In this document: positions 1 to 14,270 of the stretch, one piece after another
Position numbering within the stretch: position 1 is the stretch's first letter
Layout of the letters: every line of letters starts with the position of its first letter
Source: the human T2T-CHM13v2.0 reference genome, Homo sapiens
Strand: one strand, 5' to 3'
NCBI RefSeq assembly: GCF_009914755.1
Contig: NC_060928.1
DNA length: 64,000 bases
Notes under the pieces: model-generated
Seen by the model: only the letters and a program-made list of their open reading frames with translations
Database searches by the model: none
Told to the model about the DNA's origin: nothing
Translations under genes and position numbers: made by a program

Positions 1-375
1 CAGAGAGTGTCTGCAGAAAATTTACCCAATCATAGAAAAGTACAATAATTGCTAAGAAGAATCATTTTGTGGTTGATTATTGTTATGTGAAATGGATTTT
101 AGATACCCCTAAGCCAGAAATATGATTACAAGGTAAAATATGAAAAATTATTTTCTCTATTCCAAACCTGTGATTTCAGATATCATTTTTTGTGCTCTTA
201 TCTGATGACAAAGGCAATAGAGATTCATTTACACAAATTTGGAAGCTACAGAAGGCACAAAGGAAAAATAAAAGAAAATCACCTGTAGATGACCCTCCAG
301 GGACAAGCAGTGCTAACATTTGCTCTACTTTCCTTGTTGTTTTTATTTATATGTACTCACTTACTAAAACAAGAG

Positions 376-435
376 CCCTTCCTTCCTTCCTTCCTTCCTT
401 CTTTCTTTCTTCCGTCCCTCCCTCCCTCCCTCCCT
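376..435. repeat. (CCTT)n/(CCCT)n pyrimidine simple repeat
   Basis: Directly visible. Confidence 0.9.
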
Positions 436-1216
436 GAATAGACAGTGATTGAAGGCTGGGTACTATCATTTAATACTGCTTCTTTTTTTATTACCATTAT
501 TTACTAAAGCTTTCTCAGGTCATCAAATATTCATTAACATAATTTTGAAACTGAATAGCAACAATAAAACTAACCTACAATTTTTATATTAAGATATATT
601 GTTATAATGTCAATATAATTTCATCAATAATACAACACAACTAGCCATCATTGATTAGGCACTTAACCTGTACTGGGTACCCGGGTACGGGAGTTTGCTT
701 TCTATTTTACTCCCTGCAATAATTGTAAGATGAGGATTGTTTCATATCCTCCTTCGACAGGGGAATACAATGAGTAGTAAAGAGGTTGAAGAACTTGTCC
801 AGGGTCTCACAGGTAGTCTGAGGGGCTAAGCAGAGCCTAACACAGGGGCTGTCCCCTGACAATGCCCACATGTGCATCTCCCATTCTGCCACACAGATTT
901 TCTTCATAGTGATTTAAAGCATTTACCCATTTTCCAGCTGATGTGCTCATCATTGGACATTTAGTCTTTCTGATCTTCACGATCCGCTTACTTAGCCAGT
1001 GATACAGTCTCCATTTTACAAATAAGAAAAATGAAGCTGTGAGGTCAAACCCTCTCACAGAAGTGACAGAACCGAGAATGAACCCAGAATTCTGATTCCA
1101 AATACCAAGGACTTTGAGGTTTTTAATAAAAGTAATGCATATCCAAAGTTTAGAAGTAAATAACTGAATGAATTTTATGGCATAAGACAACAGGCCCTGC
1201 TCACTCTTCCTTCCCT

Positions 1217-3476
1217 TTATATGGTTTTGCTGTATCCCCCCAAATCTAATCTTGAATTCCCACATGTTTTGGGAGGTAATTGAATCATGGGGGCTGGTCT
1301 TTCCTGTGCTGTTCTTGTGATAGTGAATAAGTCTTATGAAATCTGATGGTTTTAAAAATGGGAGTTTGCCTGCACAAACTCATTTTGCCTGCTGTCATCC
1401 ATGTAATATGTGACTTGCTCCTCCTTGCTTTCTGCCATGATTGTGAAGCCTCCCCAGCCATGTGAAACTGTAAGTCTATTCAGCATTTTTCCTGTATAAA
1501 TTGCCCAGTCTCGGATGTGTCTTTATTAGCAGTGTGAAAATGAACTAATACAGTAAATTGGTACTGGGAGTGGGGTGCTGCTGAAAAGATACCCAAAAAT
1601 GTGGAAGCAACTTTGGAACTGGGTATCAGACATGTTGGAACAGTTTGGAGGGCTCAGAAGAAGACAGGAAAATGTGGGAAAGTTTGGAACTCCATAGAGA
1701 CTTGTTGAATGGCTTTGACCAAAATACTGATAATGATATGGACAATGAAATCCAGGCTGAGGTGGTCTCAGATGGAGATGAGGAACCTGTTGGGAACCAG
1801 AGCGAAGGTGACTCTTGTTATGTTTTAGCAAAGAGACTGGTGGCATTTTGCCCCTATCCTAGAGATTTGTGGAACTCTGAACTTAAAGAGATGATTTAGG
1901 GTATCCGGCGGAAGAAATTTCTAGCAGCAAAGCATTCAAGAGGTGACTTGCGTGCTGTTAAAGGCATTCAGTTTTAAAGGGGAAACAGAGCATAAAAGTT
2001 TGGAAAATTTGCAGCCTGAGAACGCAATAGAAAAGAAAATCCTATCTTCTGTGGAGAAATTCAAGCCAGCTGCAGAAATTTGCATAAGTAATGAGGAGCC
2101 CAATGTTAATCCCCAAGACAATGGGGAAAATGTCTCCAGGGCAGGTCAGAAGTCTTCACAGCAGCCCCTACCATCACAGGCCTGGAGGCTTAGGAAGAAA
2201 AAGTGGTTTTGTGGGCCTGGCCCACGGTCCCCATGCTGTGTGCAGCCTAGGGACTTGGTGCCCTGCATCCCAGCTGCTCCAGCCATGGCTGAAAGGGGCC
2301 AACATAGAGCTCAGGCTGTGGCTTCAGAGGATGCAAGCCCCAAGCCTTGGCAGCCACGTGGTGTTGAGCCTGTGAGTGCACAGAAGTCAAAAATTGTGGT
2401 TTGGGAACCTCTGCCTAGATTTCAGAAATTGTATGGAAATGCCTGGATGGCCAGGCAGAGGTGTGCTGCAGGGGTGGGGCCCTCATGGAGAACCTCTGCC
2501 AGGGCAGTGTGAAAGGAAAATGTGGGGTTGGAGCACCCACACAGAGTCCCTACTGGGGCATCACCTAGTGGAGCCGTGAGAAGAGGGCCACTGTACTCCA
2601 GACCCCAGAATGGTAGATCCACTGACAGCTTGCATCATGCACCTGGAAAAGCTGCAGACACTCAATGCCAGCCCATGAAAGCAGCCAGGAGGGGGGCTGT
2701 GCCCTTCAAAGACACAGGGGTAGAGTTGCCCAAGACTAGGGGAACTCACCTCTTGCAACAGCATGACCTGGATGTGAGACATGGAATCAAAGGACATCAT
2801 TTTGGAGCTGTAAGATTTGACTGCCCTGCTGGATTTTGGGCTTGCATGGGGCCTGTAGCCCCTCTCTTTTGGTCAATTTCTCCCATTTGGAATGGCTGTA
2901 TTTACCCAATGCCTGTACCTCCATTGTATCTAGCAAGTAACTAGCTTGTTTTTGATTTTACAGGCTCATAGGTGGAAGGGACTTGCCTTGTCTTAGATGA
3001 GACTTGGGACTGTGGACTTTTGTGTTAATGCTGAAATGAGTTAAGACTTTGGGGGACTGTTGGGAAGGCATGATTGATTTTGAAATGTGAGAACATGAGA
3101 TTAGGGAGGGGCCAGGGGAATGATTATGGTTTCACTATGTCCCCACCCAAATTTTATCTTGAATTCCCACGTGTTGTGGGAGGGACACGGTGGGAGGTAA
3201 TTGAATCATGGGGGCCGGTCTTTCCCGTGCTGTTCTTGTGATAGTGAATAAGTCTCACAAGATCTGATGATTTTTAAAACAGGAGTTTCCCTGCACATGC
3301 TCTTTCTCTTTGCCTGCCACCATCCATGTAAGATGTGACTTGCTCCTCTTTCCCTCTGCCATGATTGTGAGGCCTCCCCAGTCATGTGGAACTGTAAGTC
3401 CATAAAACCTTTTTCCTGTATAAATTACCCAGTCTCGGGTATGTCTTTATCAGCGGCGTGAAAATAGGGTAATACA
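1217..3476 (+). mobile_element. Full THE1B-like MaLR provirus: 5' LTR 1217-1552, internal 1553-3120, 3' LTR 3121-3476
   Basis: Two THE1-type LTRs (atatggttt...taataca); internal region begins gtaaattggtac; TSD tccct/cccct. Confidence 0.92.
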
Positions 3477-3939
3477 CCCCTCATTCCTTTTTCCAGAAAC
3501 AAGTACTTTCATTTGTTTAGCTATTTCTTATGATTTTAACATTTATATTTCTAAAGGAACATTTGTAACTTCTCAGTGTTTTGTTATCCATTTTACATAC
3601 TGACCTTCTACTACGGAGATGAGGACTAAACTCTCCTTCTTATATGTATATACACACATATACATTCTTCCTCTCTCTCCAGATATCTAATGCAATTCAA
3701 GCACAATTTAAGTAAATATTTGGCATTTACAACATTATAACTAATAACTAATACATTTTTATTTAAAGCTGAGCCATATAGTGCATTTGAATTAAATTTC
3801 CTTCCTGGTGTACCTTTTTCTATTTCTTAGAGTTAATAACTGGCTTGTATAAAAAAGGCTTATCTTTTGTAGATGTACACAAATATTTATGGATGAAATT
3901 ATAAGGTATCTGGGATTGACTTCAAAATACCCTGGAAGG

Positions 3940-6150
3940 GCTCCTGGCTATGATAGAGTCGCAGAGGCTGAATCTACACTCCCAACTTAAACAACTAGAG
4001 AGCTGGCCAAGTTATAGGGAACAGCTATTCACAGACAGGCAACAGATGGCACAGGGCCATGAATAAATGAAGCACAACCACAGTTGCCTTTGATTGGTGC
4101 CTGGAGGCAATTTTAAGGCTGCAGATCAAGCAGGGGAAACCCAAACAGAGTCCGCAGGTCTAGATGAGCTGAGGAGACAGACAATGAACTGAGACAACTA
4201 GAATTTATGAGACAGAATACTGAAGAGGAAGCCGAGGTAGAGAGACAAAGAACACTAGATAGCAACAGAAGGGCTTCCATAAGTCTTTGAGTGATGATCT
4301 GTGCATACAGAGAGGAAACTATCAGAGCAGGAAAAGAAGCACGATACAGTAGTTCCAAGCAATTCCCAAAGTTCACAAACAGCCAGGAATATTTCATCTT
4401 CCCTCTGGTGTGTGATAGATCAGCTAGAGTCCTGTGATGGATATTGCCGGTATTGGTCCTTTCTCACATTGCTATAAAGAAATACCCGAGACTGGGTAAT
4501 TTATAAAGGAAAGAGGCTTAATTAGCTCATGGTTCCACAGGCTATACAGGAAGCATGATGCTGGCATCTGCTCAGCTTCTGTGGAGGCCTCAGGAAACCA
4601 AATCATGGCAGAAGGAGAAGGGGAAGCAGGCATGTCTCACATGCCAGGAGCAGGAGCAAGTGGAGTTGGTGGGGGGTGGGTGGTTTTAAACAAACAGATC
4701 TTGCAAGCACTCACTCGCTATTGTGAGGACAGTACCAAAGGGGATGGTGCTGAACCATTTATGAGAAATATCCCCCATGATCCAATCACTTCCCACCAGG
4801 CCCCACCTCCAACATTGAGGATGACAATTCAACATGAGATTTGGTGCACATGGACCCAAACCATATCACTGCCTTAATAGTGGGAATACATGAACTCTGG
4901 ACTTAACCATGACAAGGGCTAAAAACCAAGTCTCAACAAATCTGTAGAGACAGAAAGTCTCTATGGCTGGGGTGGAGGTAGGCAGGAACATGAAGTTTTG
5001 GGGCAGTGACTATAAGCAGATACAAGATTTTTGGAGGAGTAATAAAATTTTTCAAAAATTAGATTATAGTTATGATTGCACAACTCTGTCAATATACTAA
5101 AGTGTTCACTTTAAATGGGTGAACTCTAGAATATGTAAATTATATCTCAAGCTGTTAAAAGAAAAAATAAAGCCTTACACAATTCAACTGATCCCAACTG
5201 ACCTCACAGCGTGCCAGAACAAAATCCAAAACTATTTACAAGTATCTAACAAAATCCAGCACCCAATAATGTAAAACTGCAATGTATGCATGCAATAAAA
5301 AATCCCCAGGCATGCAAAGAAGCAGGAAAAGATGACCCATATGCATAACAAAAGTTCATCAACAGTAACTGACCCGGAAATGACAGAAATGAAAGAATTC
5401 ACAAGTGACGACATTGCAACAACACATATGCATTGCCATATACCAAAACTGGAGGAAAAAATAGGAACATGACAGTGAGAGAAACGGAAGACAGAAAAAG
5501 GAAACACGCCACTTCCAGTTTCAGTCCCAACATGTTAAGAGCTGGGAAGTTGGTGCTCTCACTCATAGGACAAGGAAAAAGTTGAGAAAACTGAAAATCA
5601 GTGTCTTTTCTTGGACCCATCCGAGAACTGAGACCACAAAGCCAACCACTACCTCCAAATCTGGAAAGACAAGCTCATCTATAGCGTCACAGCTGTGACC
5701 TGCTTATCTGGAGTTAGAAGCTGCTGGAACCATAACCAGTAAGAAACCTTCATGGTCATTTTGATGAATTGCTGAGGGCTGAAAGTAGACTCGCATAACT
5801 TGCCCTGTAAGAAATGTTAGAAGTTCAGGAAGAAACTAAGGGCCTATAGTCTTAGGGAGTCCCTCACACTTTGTTTGGTTTTACCTATAGCAACCTCACC
5901 AGATGATCATGATAGAGAGATAAGAAAGATCCCCTAGTGGCTCTGGGAGAAAGAGTAGAAAAGCAAGCATTGTGTAAGTCTGAAGCATCTGCATGACCTT
6001 ATCCCCTTCCCCAGCACACCACCAGAGGGAAGACATTTTCCTGGCTCCAGCCCCCTCAGTCTTTCCTGTCTCACTTGAGGGAAGTGAGGAGAAGCTAAGA
6101 AACACTTGTGAAGGTCACAGCCTGGAGACAGAGAAGACTGGGAATACATT
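3940..6150 (+). mobile_element. Fragments of old L1M (5' UTR/ORF1/3' pieces) around the MST LTR; boundaries approximate
   Basis: Similarity to recalled L1MC/MD 5' and ORF1 segments; A-rich + strand. Confidence 0.55.
4449..4868 (-). mobile_element. MSTB-like solo LTR
   Basis: ...attgctataaagaaatacccgagactgggtaattt...caaaccatatca; TSD ttgcc/ctgcc. Confidence 0.85.
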
Positions 6151-6441
6151 AAGTCTATCATAGCCAGAAGCCCTTCCAGAGTATTTTGAAGCCAATCCCA
6201 GATAACATATAATTTCATCCATAAATATTTGTGTGCATCTCCAAAAGATGAGTCCTTTTTATACAAGCCAACTATTAACTCTAAGAAAAACAAAAAGTTA
6301 CACAAAGAAGGAAATGTATTTAATTCAAATGCACTATATGGCTCAGCTAAATATAAAAATTATTAGTTATTAATGTTGTAAATGCCAAATATTTACTTAA
6401 AATTGTGCTTTAATTGCATTAGATAACTAGAGAGAGGAAGC

Positions 6442-6466
6442 GTGTGTGTGTGTGTGTGTGTGTGTG
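6442..6466. repeat. (TG)n microsatellite
   Basis: Directly visible. Confidence 0.95.
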
Positions 6467-7325
6467 TCTCTGCACATGCATGTGTGTAAGAAGGAGAGTT
6501 GGGTCATCATCTCCATAGTAGAAGGTCAATATATAAAAGGGGATAAAAGGGAAATAAGTATAGCCACCAAAGTCATTTTAAGTATAATTGATATGTTAAG
6601 AGAGGAGATAAAATAGAGTAAGAGAAAATGATTAATCAAAACCAGAGAAAGGAGAAAAAGGGAAGGGAGGGAAACAAGCAATTCAGCAGTGAATGGAAAA
6701 CACTTGCAAACATGGCTGATATTAATCCAACTATACTAATAAGCACTTAAAATGTGAATGGACTAAAAACATCTATTAGAGATTGTCAGATGGATTTTTT
6801 AAAAGGATCCAAATATATGTTGTCTACCGGAAACCCACTCTAATTATAAAAACAGAGACAAGTTAGTTAAAAGTAAGTGAATGGAGAAAGATATACCTTG
6901 CTAACACTAACTAAAAGAGAGCTGGGATAGCTGTATTGCTTTGAGACAAACCAGACTTCAGAACAAGGAAATTTAACAAGGAAAAAGAAGGGAATACATA
7001 TGGTAAACGGATCAATTCATCACCATATATAAGCATAATATGAAAGAACTGCAAGGAAAAATATACACAATATTTTTTACAATATATGCAAATTCAATAT
7101 AAACAAATCCACTACTATAGTTGGAAACTCCAACAGCCCTCCTTCAGTAATTCATAGATCAAGCAGGCAAGAAATCAGTAAGAACATAGTTGGCCTGAAT
7201 AGCACTCTCAATCAACTTGATCTAACAGTTACAGAATAATCTCTTCTACAAGTACAGAATATAAAATCGTCTCAACTTTGGTTGAAACATTCACCAAGAT
7301 AGGCCACATAACGACAAACTTAATA

Positions 7326-7635
<310 letters not shown>

Positions 7636-10311
7636 TTAAAATAATAGCAATTATAGAAAATATGCTCTCAGATCACCATAGAATTAAACTAGGAATCAAT
7701 AAAGGGAAATAAACAGAATATAGCGTAATATATTCAGATTAAATAACACATTTCTAAACAACACATGGGACAATGAAGTCTCAAGAGAATGGTAAAAATA
7801 TTCTGAACCACATGAAAATGAAAATACAACTTATCCCAATTTGTATAATGCAGTTAAAGTAGTGCCTAAAGGGAAATTTATACTATTAAATGCATATATT
7901 AAAAAAGGAATAAAGACCTAAAATTAATAATCTAAACTTCCACCTTAGGATACTAAAGAAAAATGAGTAACTTAAGGCCAAAGCAATCAGAAAAAAATGA
8001 TAATAAAAAATAGAGCAAAAGTCAGCAAAAATGAAAACAATAGAAAACATTTTATGAAACCAGAAGCTGGTTCTCTGAAAACATCAATCTAATTGACAAA
8101 CAGCTAACCAGACTAACCAAGAAAAAAAAGAAAACATGAAAATTACCAATATCAGAAATGAAAGAGCAGTCTCACTACTGATCCCATGGACAGTAAAAGC
8201 ATCATAAAAGAATGCTGTGAACAACTCTATGCCCATAATTTTGGTAACTTAGGTGAAATGAATGAATCCCTTGAAAGACAAACTACAAAAATTCACACAA
8301 CGTGAAGGAGATAACCTAAATAAACCATATCTATTAAATAAACTTAATCTATAATTGGTACCCTTCCAAGAAAAGAAAGCCCCAGACTCAGATCATTTTA
8401 CTGGTGAATTTTAGTAAACGTTTAAGGAAGAAATAATACCAATTTTCCATAATCTCTTCTAGAAAATAAACGCAGAAAGAATACTTCCTAACTCACAGGA
8501 CCAGTATAACTGTAATATAAAAAACAGATAAAGAAAATACAAGAAAGGAAAACTAGAGACCTATATCTCACATGAACATAGATGAACAAATCCTGAAAAA
8601 TATATTTACAAATTAAATCCAATAATTTATAAAAAGAATGATACACCATGACCAAGTGGGATTTATCCCAGGTATGCAAGGCTGGTTCAACATTCTGAAA
8701 TCATTTAATGGAATACATCACATCAACGGGCTAAAGAAAAAATCCTATCAATTGATACAGAAATGTATTTGATGGAATTCAATATACACATACGATAAAA
8801 TCTCTCAGCACACTATAGAGAGGCACTTCCTCAACTTTATAAAAAATACATAAAAAACCTATAGCTAATCTCATACTTAAATAATGAGAAATTGGATGCT
8901 TCCTCTTCAGATCAAGAATAAGGCAAAGATGTCCTCTTACAACTTCTATTCAATATCATATGGGAATCCTAGCTAGTGTAATAACACAAGAAAAGGAAAT
9001 AAAATGTATACAAATTGGAAAGGAATAAATAAAACTGTCTTTGTTCTCAGATGACATAATTGTCTATATAGAACATCTCAGAACTGACCAAAAACAAACA
9101 AACAAAAAACCCCCAAAACTAATTGGTGAGGATAGTAAGGTTGCAGGATACAAGGTTAATATTCAAAAATTGATTGCTTTCCTATATAACAGAAATAAAT
9201 GACTGGAATTCGAAATGTTAAAAATACCATTTAAAATACCACCTAAATAATATAATTTAGGTTTAAATCTAAAAATATGTACAGGATCTGTATGCAGAAA
9301 GCTATAAAACTCTGATGAAGGTAATCAAAAGATCTAGACAAATGGAGGAGTAATATTTCCTATTCACGATTTGGAAGATTCAATATTGTGGAGATGTCAA
9401 TTCTTCCCAACCCGACCTATAGAATCTATAGGTCTATAGAATATCAATCAAAATTCTAGCAAGTTATTTTTCAGATATTGACAAACTGATCCTGAAGTTT
9501 ATATGGAATGCCAAAAGATCTACAGAGTCAACACAGTACTAAAGAAAAACAAAGTTGGAGAACTCATACTAATTTCAAGACTTACTATATAGCTACAGTA
9601 ATCAAGATAGTGTGGTATTGGTGAAGGAACAGGTACATAGATCATTGGAACAGAACAGAGAGCCCAGAAATAGACCCACACAAATATAGTTAACTGACCT
9701 TTGACAAATTCCAATTATAAGGACATTCTAGAAAAGGCAAAACTATAGAGATAGTAAAATGATCAGTGACTGCCAGGGGTCCAGGTGGAGGAGGTAAAAG
9801 ATTGAACGTGTGGAGCACAGGAAGTTGTTTAGGGTAGTAAAACTACTTTGTATGATAGTGTAATTGTGGATACATGGCACTATATGCTTATCAAAATGAT
9901 TGTGTATCATTTTATACAAATTTGTATCATTTTATACAATCATTTTAACAAATACATAATGTCATGTCAATGCAAAATTGACTTTATCATATGCAGATTA
10001 AAAACATCATTTAAGAAATCCAGAGAATTCCAGGAAGCAATGCAGAATGTGTCAAAATAATCTAACTGCATTTCAAATGTAAGAAACAACTTTACTGAAA
10101 AGGCTGGAAGAAAAAGATGCTGACCTAAGTAACTTTGGAAATGAGTGAAGTCTTTAAATGCAAAAGAAACTGCACATAAGTACTCTACTCTACTGAGAAA
10201 GTTGTTTCGCACATGGGTCCAGGTTATCAAAACCCTGATAATGCTCCACATATGTACTGGAACTGACCACATAAGTAAATGGCTGGGAAATGATGGGAGC
10301 CACGATTTTCA

Positions 10312-10650
<339 letters not shown>

Positions 10651-11711
10651 AAACGGGAGAAAGCCAGAATGATCCATGGGGCAATGGATTCATGTTGGAG
10701 ACATCAGTAAATTCATATTTAGCATAATATAGACACAGATTATTACATTGAAAATATTAACGGACATGTGTATATAAACAGGTTAGTATGTACATGTATA
10801 TTTTCTTGCTCTGTCAGCTTAGAGGCCTAGAAGTAACAATACTCCAGTAGCAATAAGCACAACTAGGGCTCAGAGTTTAGTTTCTAATACCATTCTCCAA
10901 CAAAAGGAATCAGACTCCTTGGAGAAATGTCTGATTCTAGGACTGGGACAGGGAATATAAACGATGCGAATCTTTTCTAGTGCTCATCTTTTATAATGCT
11001 CACCTTTTAGACCACCTTCTAGTGCCAGAAAATAAGGAAGTACTCGGAAAAACCTAAAAATCTGCACTGACGGGGTTATGTTAAAGGGATATGGGAGACA
11101 ACAGAAAGAGCTCCCAATGTTGAAAGCTGGAACAATTAGAGCAACAAATTATTATTGGATTATAACTCAAAGTATAAAATAAATATCCATGAGTCTATAC
11201 CGATAGAAATAAATAATTGAAAAAATAAATGGAAAAGAGATCATCTCCCATGCAGAATTCCAAATAATCTATGTAGACACTTTGCCCTCAAGGAGGTAGA
11301 CTTATGTCCCCATTCCTTAAATGTGTGCTGCTCATAGTGACTTCCTTACAAAGACTGCAGTGTGGAAATCTGGGGGAGTCGTAAGCACAAAGCTGTCCCC
11401 AACTGACCCCTGCCAGGTTTGACCTCACTCCCAAATTCCCACGGCAGGATTTTCGTATGTGCGTCTCACACCTTGCATTTACCAATTATTTATTTTTGTG
11501 TTAGTCAACGCAACTAGATCGAACTCCTTAAAGACAGAATACACAGGGAGCCGAGCCCCTGCTTGTAAGTAACAAACCCCAAACTTGAGCTCAAGTCCTC
11601 TCAAGCCAAGTTCCTTGGAGCTTCTCTCTCATGAGTAGGCTTCTGTGTGAAGATACAGCCCTTCAAGAAAACAGCCTTCACCTAGAATGGCAAAAGGAAT
11701 GAAAGAACACT

Positions 11712-12076
11712 TCATTCTCACATTGCTGTAAGGAAATACATGAGACTGGGTAATTTATAAAGAAAAGAGGTTAAATTGACTCACAGTTCCACATGACTGG
11801 GAAGGCCTCAGGAAGCTTACGATCATGGCAGAAGGCGAAGCGGAAGAACAGCACCTTCTTCACAGGGCAGTGGGAAGGAGAAGGACTGCCAGCAGGGGAA
11901 ATGCCAGATACTTATAAAACATCAGATCTCGTGAGACTCACTCACGAGAACAGTACAGGGGAAACCGCCCCCATGATCCAATTACCACCACCTGGTCCTG
12001 CCCTTGACACGTGGGGATTATAAGGATTACAATTCAAGGCAAGATTTGGGTGGGGACACAGAGCCAAACCATATCA
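11712..12076 (-). mobile_element. THE1D/MSTA-like solo LTR
   Basis: gagactgggtaatttataaagaaaagagg...gagccaaaccatatca. Confidence 0.85.
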
Positions 12077-13859
12077 GATGGATTTTTGTAAAGATGTTAA
12101 AATATAATAAAATAAATAAGCTACCTTATTGCACACCAACATTTCATCAGACATTACAGACATAATATCTAGTATCTTCACTCTTTACAACGTCCCTACT
12201 GTAAAGTACGACATTAGGATCTTTGTTTTACAGATAAAGAGACTGAAGTTTAGAGTGGTAAAATGACTGCTAAAAAGTTGTAGAGCCACAATTTAAACCT
12301 GGTCTATCTGATTCCAGAAACACAGGCTTTCCCCAACACATCTTGGCATTTTTTTGTGCAGTGAGTTTACAAAAGGTAAATCAGCAGTTAGTCTTTCTCT
12401 GTCTATTAACATAAGGAGTTATTATTAGGTTCAAATGCTAGATTTTGAGCAGCTTGGGCACCTCCTGCTGTTGCTAACAGCCTCTTCAATCAGGCTTCAG
12501 CCTATAATTTTAAGCCATTTTTTGAAATTTTTGCATGCAATCTACTTTCAACTATGCATAATTCTATCAGAGCCCCTGTAGAAGCAGGAAATTATCAGAA
12601 ATGCAGACAATTACCTTAAAAAGGTAGAGAAGAACATAGATGTGGTGGACTTTACAGATTCAATTATATCTACTTGCCCAAGAACTTATGGCCCTTAAGT
12701 AGTGGAGCAGGATTTGAACTCCAGTCTGCTTATTCCCAAGACCATGCATGCTCCACTCTGCTGTCCTGTGTGTAAAAATCACTCCACTTTCTCTGTTCTC
12801 ACTCGAGGCCCACTGGACCTTCTGATGGATGGGAAAACTGGCGCCATCATCTCTTCTCTCCTGCATTCAAACTGCTTACCTGCACCTTTCTGCCAATGCA
12901 GTCATGCAGTCAAGTGGCAGCTGAAAACGGTGCACAGCTGCTGTCCCCTGGGAGAAGTGCAACCCCAGCGAAGGTACTTGTTGGGGTGCTGCATGCATGC
13001 TGATGGGAAACTGCAAATAAGACTTGGTCTTCTGGTTGCCCATGGAAAAGGGACATCCATGGCAGATAAGCATTTTAGTTAGAAGACTCAGGTTCAAATT
13101 GAGGATTCCTCCCATATAGGTGGTTTCATCATAGGCAAATTATTTAAACTCTGAGTCTCAGCTTCCTTGGCAGTAAAATGGGAATAGGGATACTCACCTT
13201 GCTGGGGTACTAGTGATCATTAAAAAGTAGGTTAAAGTTGTTGGAAGGGTCTAGCAGCAACTCTCATATGACAGATGTTTGATTTTTTATCAGTCATCGC
13301 TTTTTTCCCTTGCTGGTGAGAGGACTCTCATCCTAATCATCCCCTACTGTCAGAGAATACCCATTGTAATTGTATTATTTGCCCAGCTGACACCATGATG
13401 TGGCCCAGCCCCAGTGAGATATTACTGGCCTCAGGCACTGCTGTGTGGATGGGAAGGGTCAGCATTTACACAAGCTCTTGGTAAAACACAAGCACTTGTA
13501 TGGAGTCTGTTTATAGGTAACTGTGTGAGGGCTGTTATGTGTCCATGGATCAAGGCCAGGAGAAAGGATAAGGTTTGTGGGCCATGAAGTGTGAATCCTG
13601 ATTTTGCCATTTATGAGCTTTATGATCTTGTAAAAATCACTTCAGTTTTCCATACCATTGAATTTCCTCATTTGTAAAATGGGAAGATAACCCTGATTTG
13701 AACTGGTGACGGTAGACCCCAGGGGCTGACACATGTTTTGGCAACTGGAGCGATAGAGGGCGAATCTCTCTATTGAACACCACACAGGGAACAAAACGTA
13801 AGACGTAATTTCAAATAAATGCTTCCTACATAAAGCAAACATGGGTTTTGTAATAAACA

Positions 13860-14270
13860 GCTTTGTGCAAAACACATTTATTTTTTTAAATTCCCTTTAT
13901 AAAAATAGAATATGTAACAAATACAAAACATAAGAGTAGAGAATCTGGCTGTCACCACACAGACCATAGCTTCTGCAGCAGAGGATGGGGTGTGGATTGC
14001 AGGGTGGGGGTCTCCTCCAGGGCCCTGGGGAGGTGGGGCTGAAAGAAGGAGTGTTTATGTCCTTGTGATATGGAAGAGAGTGGGCCATCTGGAAATTCAT
14101 GAGACAAGATTAAACCGAGTCCCTGCAAGTTGGCATGCGCTACGGGGTCTGTGCCTTCTGCATGTGCAATTTATATTTGCGAGTTGTGCATTATAAACAC
14201 ACAAACACCGGCGGGCAGGAGAAAATCATCCCTTCTCTCTTCAGATGCTCCCGCAGGTCTTTCCCTTGGG
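13860..14270 (-). other. EVC2: EVC2 3' UTR (3' end approximate)
   Basis: Lies between the stop codon and the first downstream AATAAA. Confidence 0.75.
13878..13883 (-). terminator. EVC2 polyadenylation signal AATAAA
   Basis: tttatt on + strand ~390 nt after the stop, followed on the minus strand by GT/T-rich sequence. Confidence 0.8.

Noticed and set aside
677-688. Perfect palindrome gtacccgggtac
   Set aside because: A 12-bp palindrome is expected by chance in 64 kb
1645-2944. ORFs of 84, 189 and 140 aa
   Set aside because: Broken remnants of the THE1 internal ORF; homologous fragments recur in the MST internal region; not host genes
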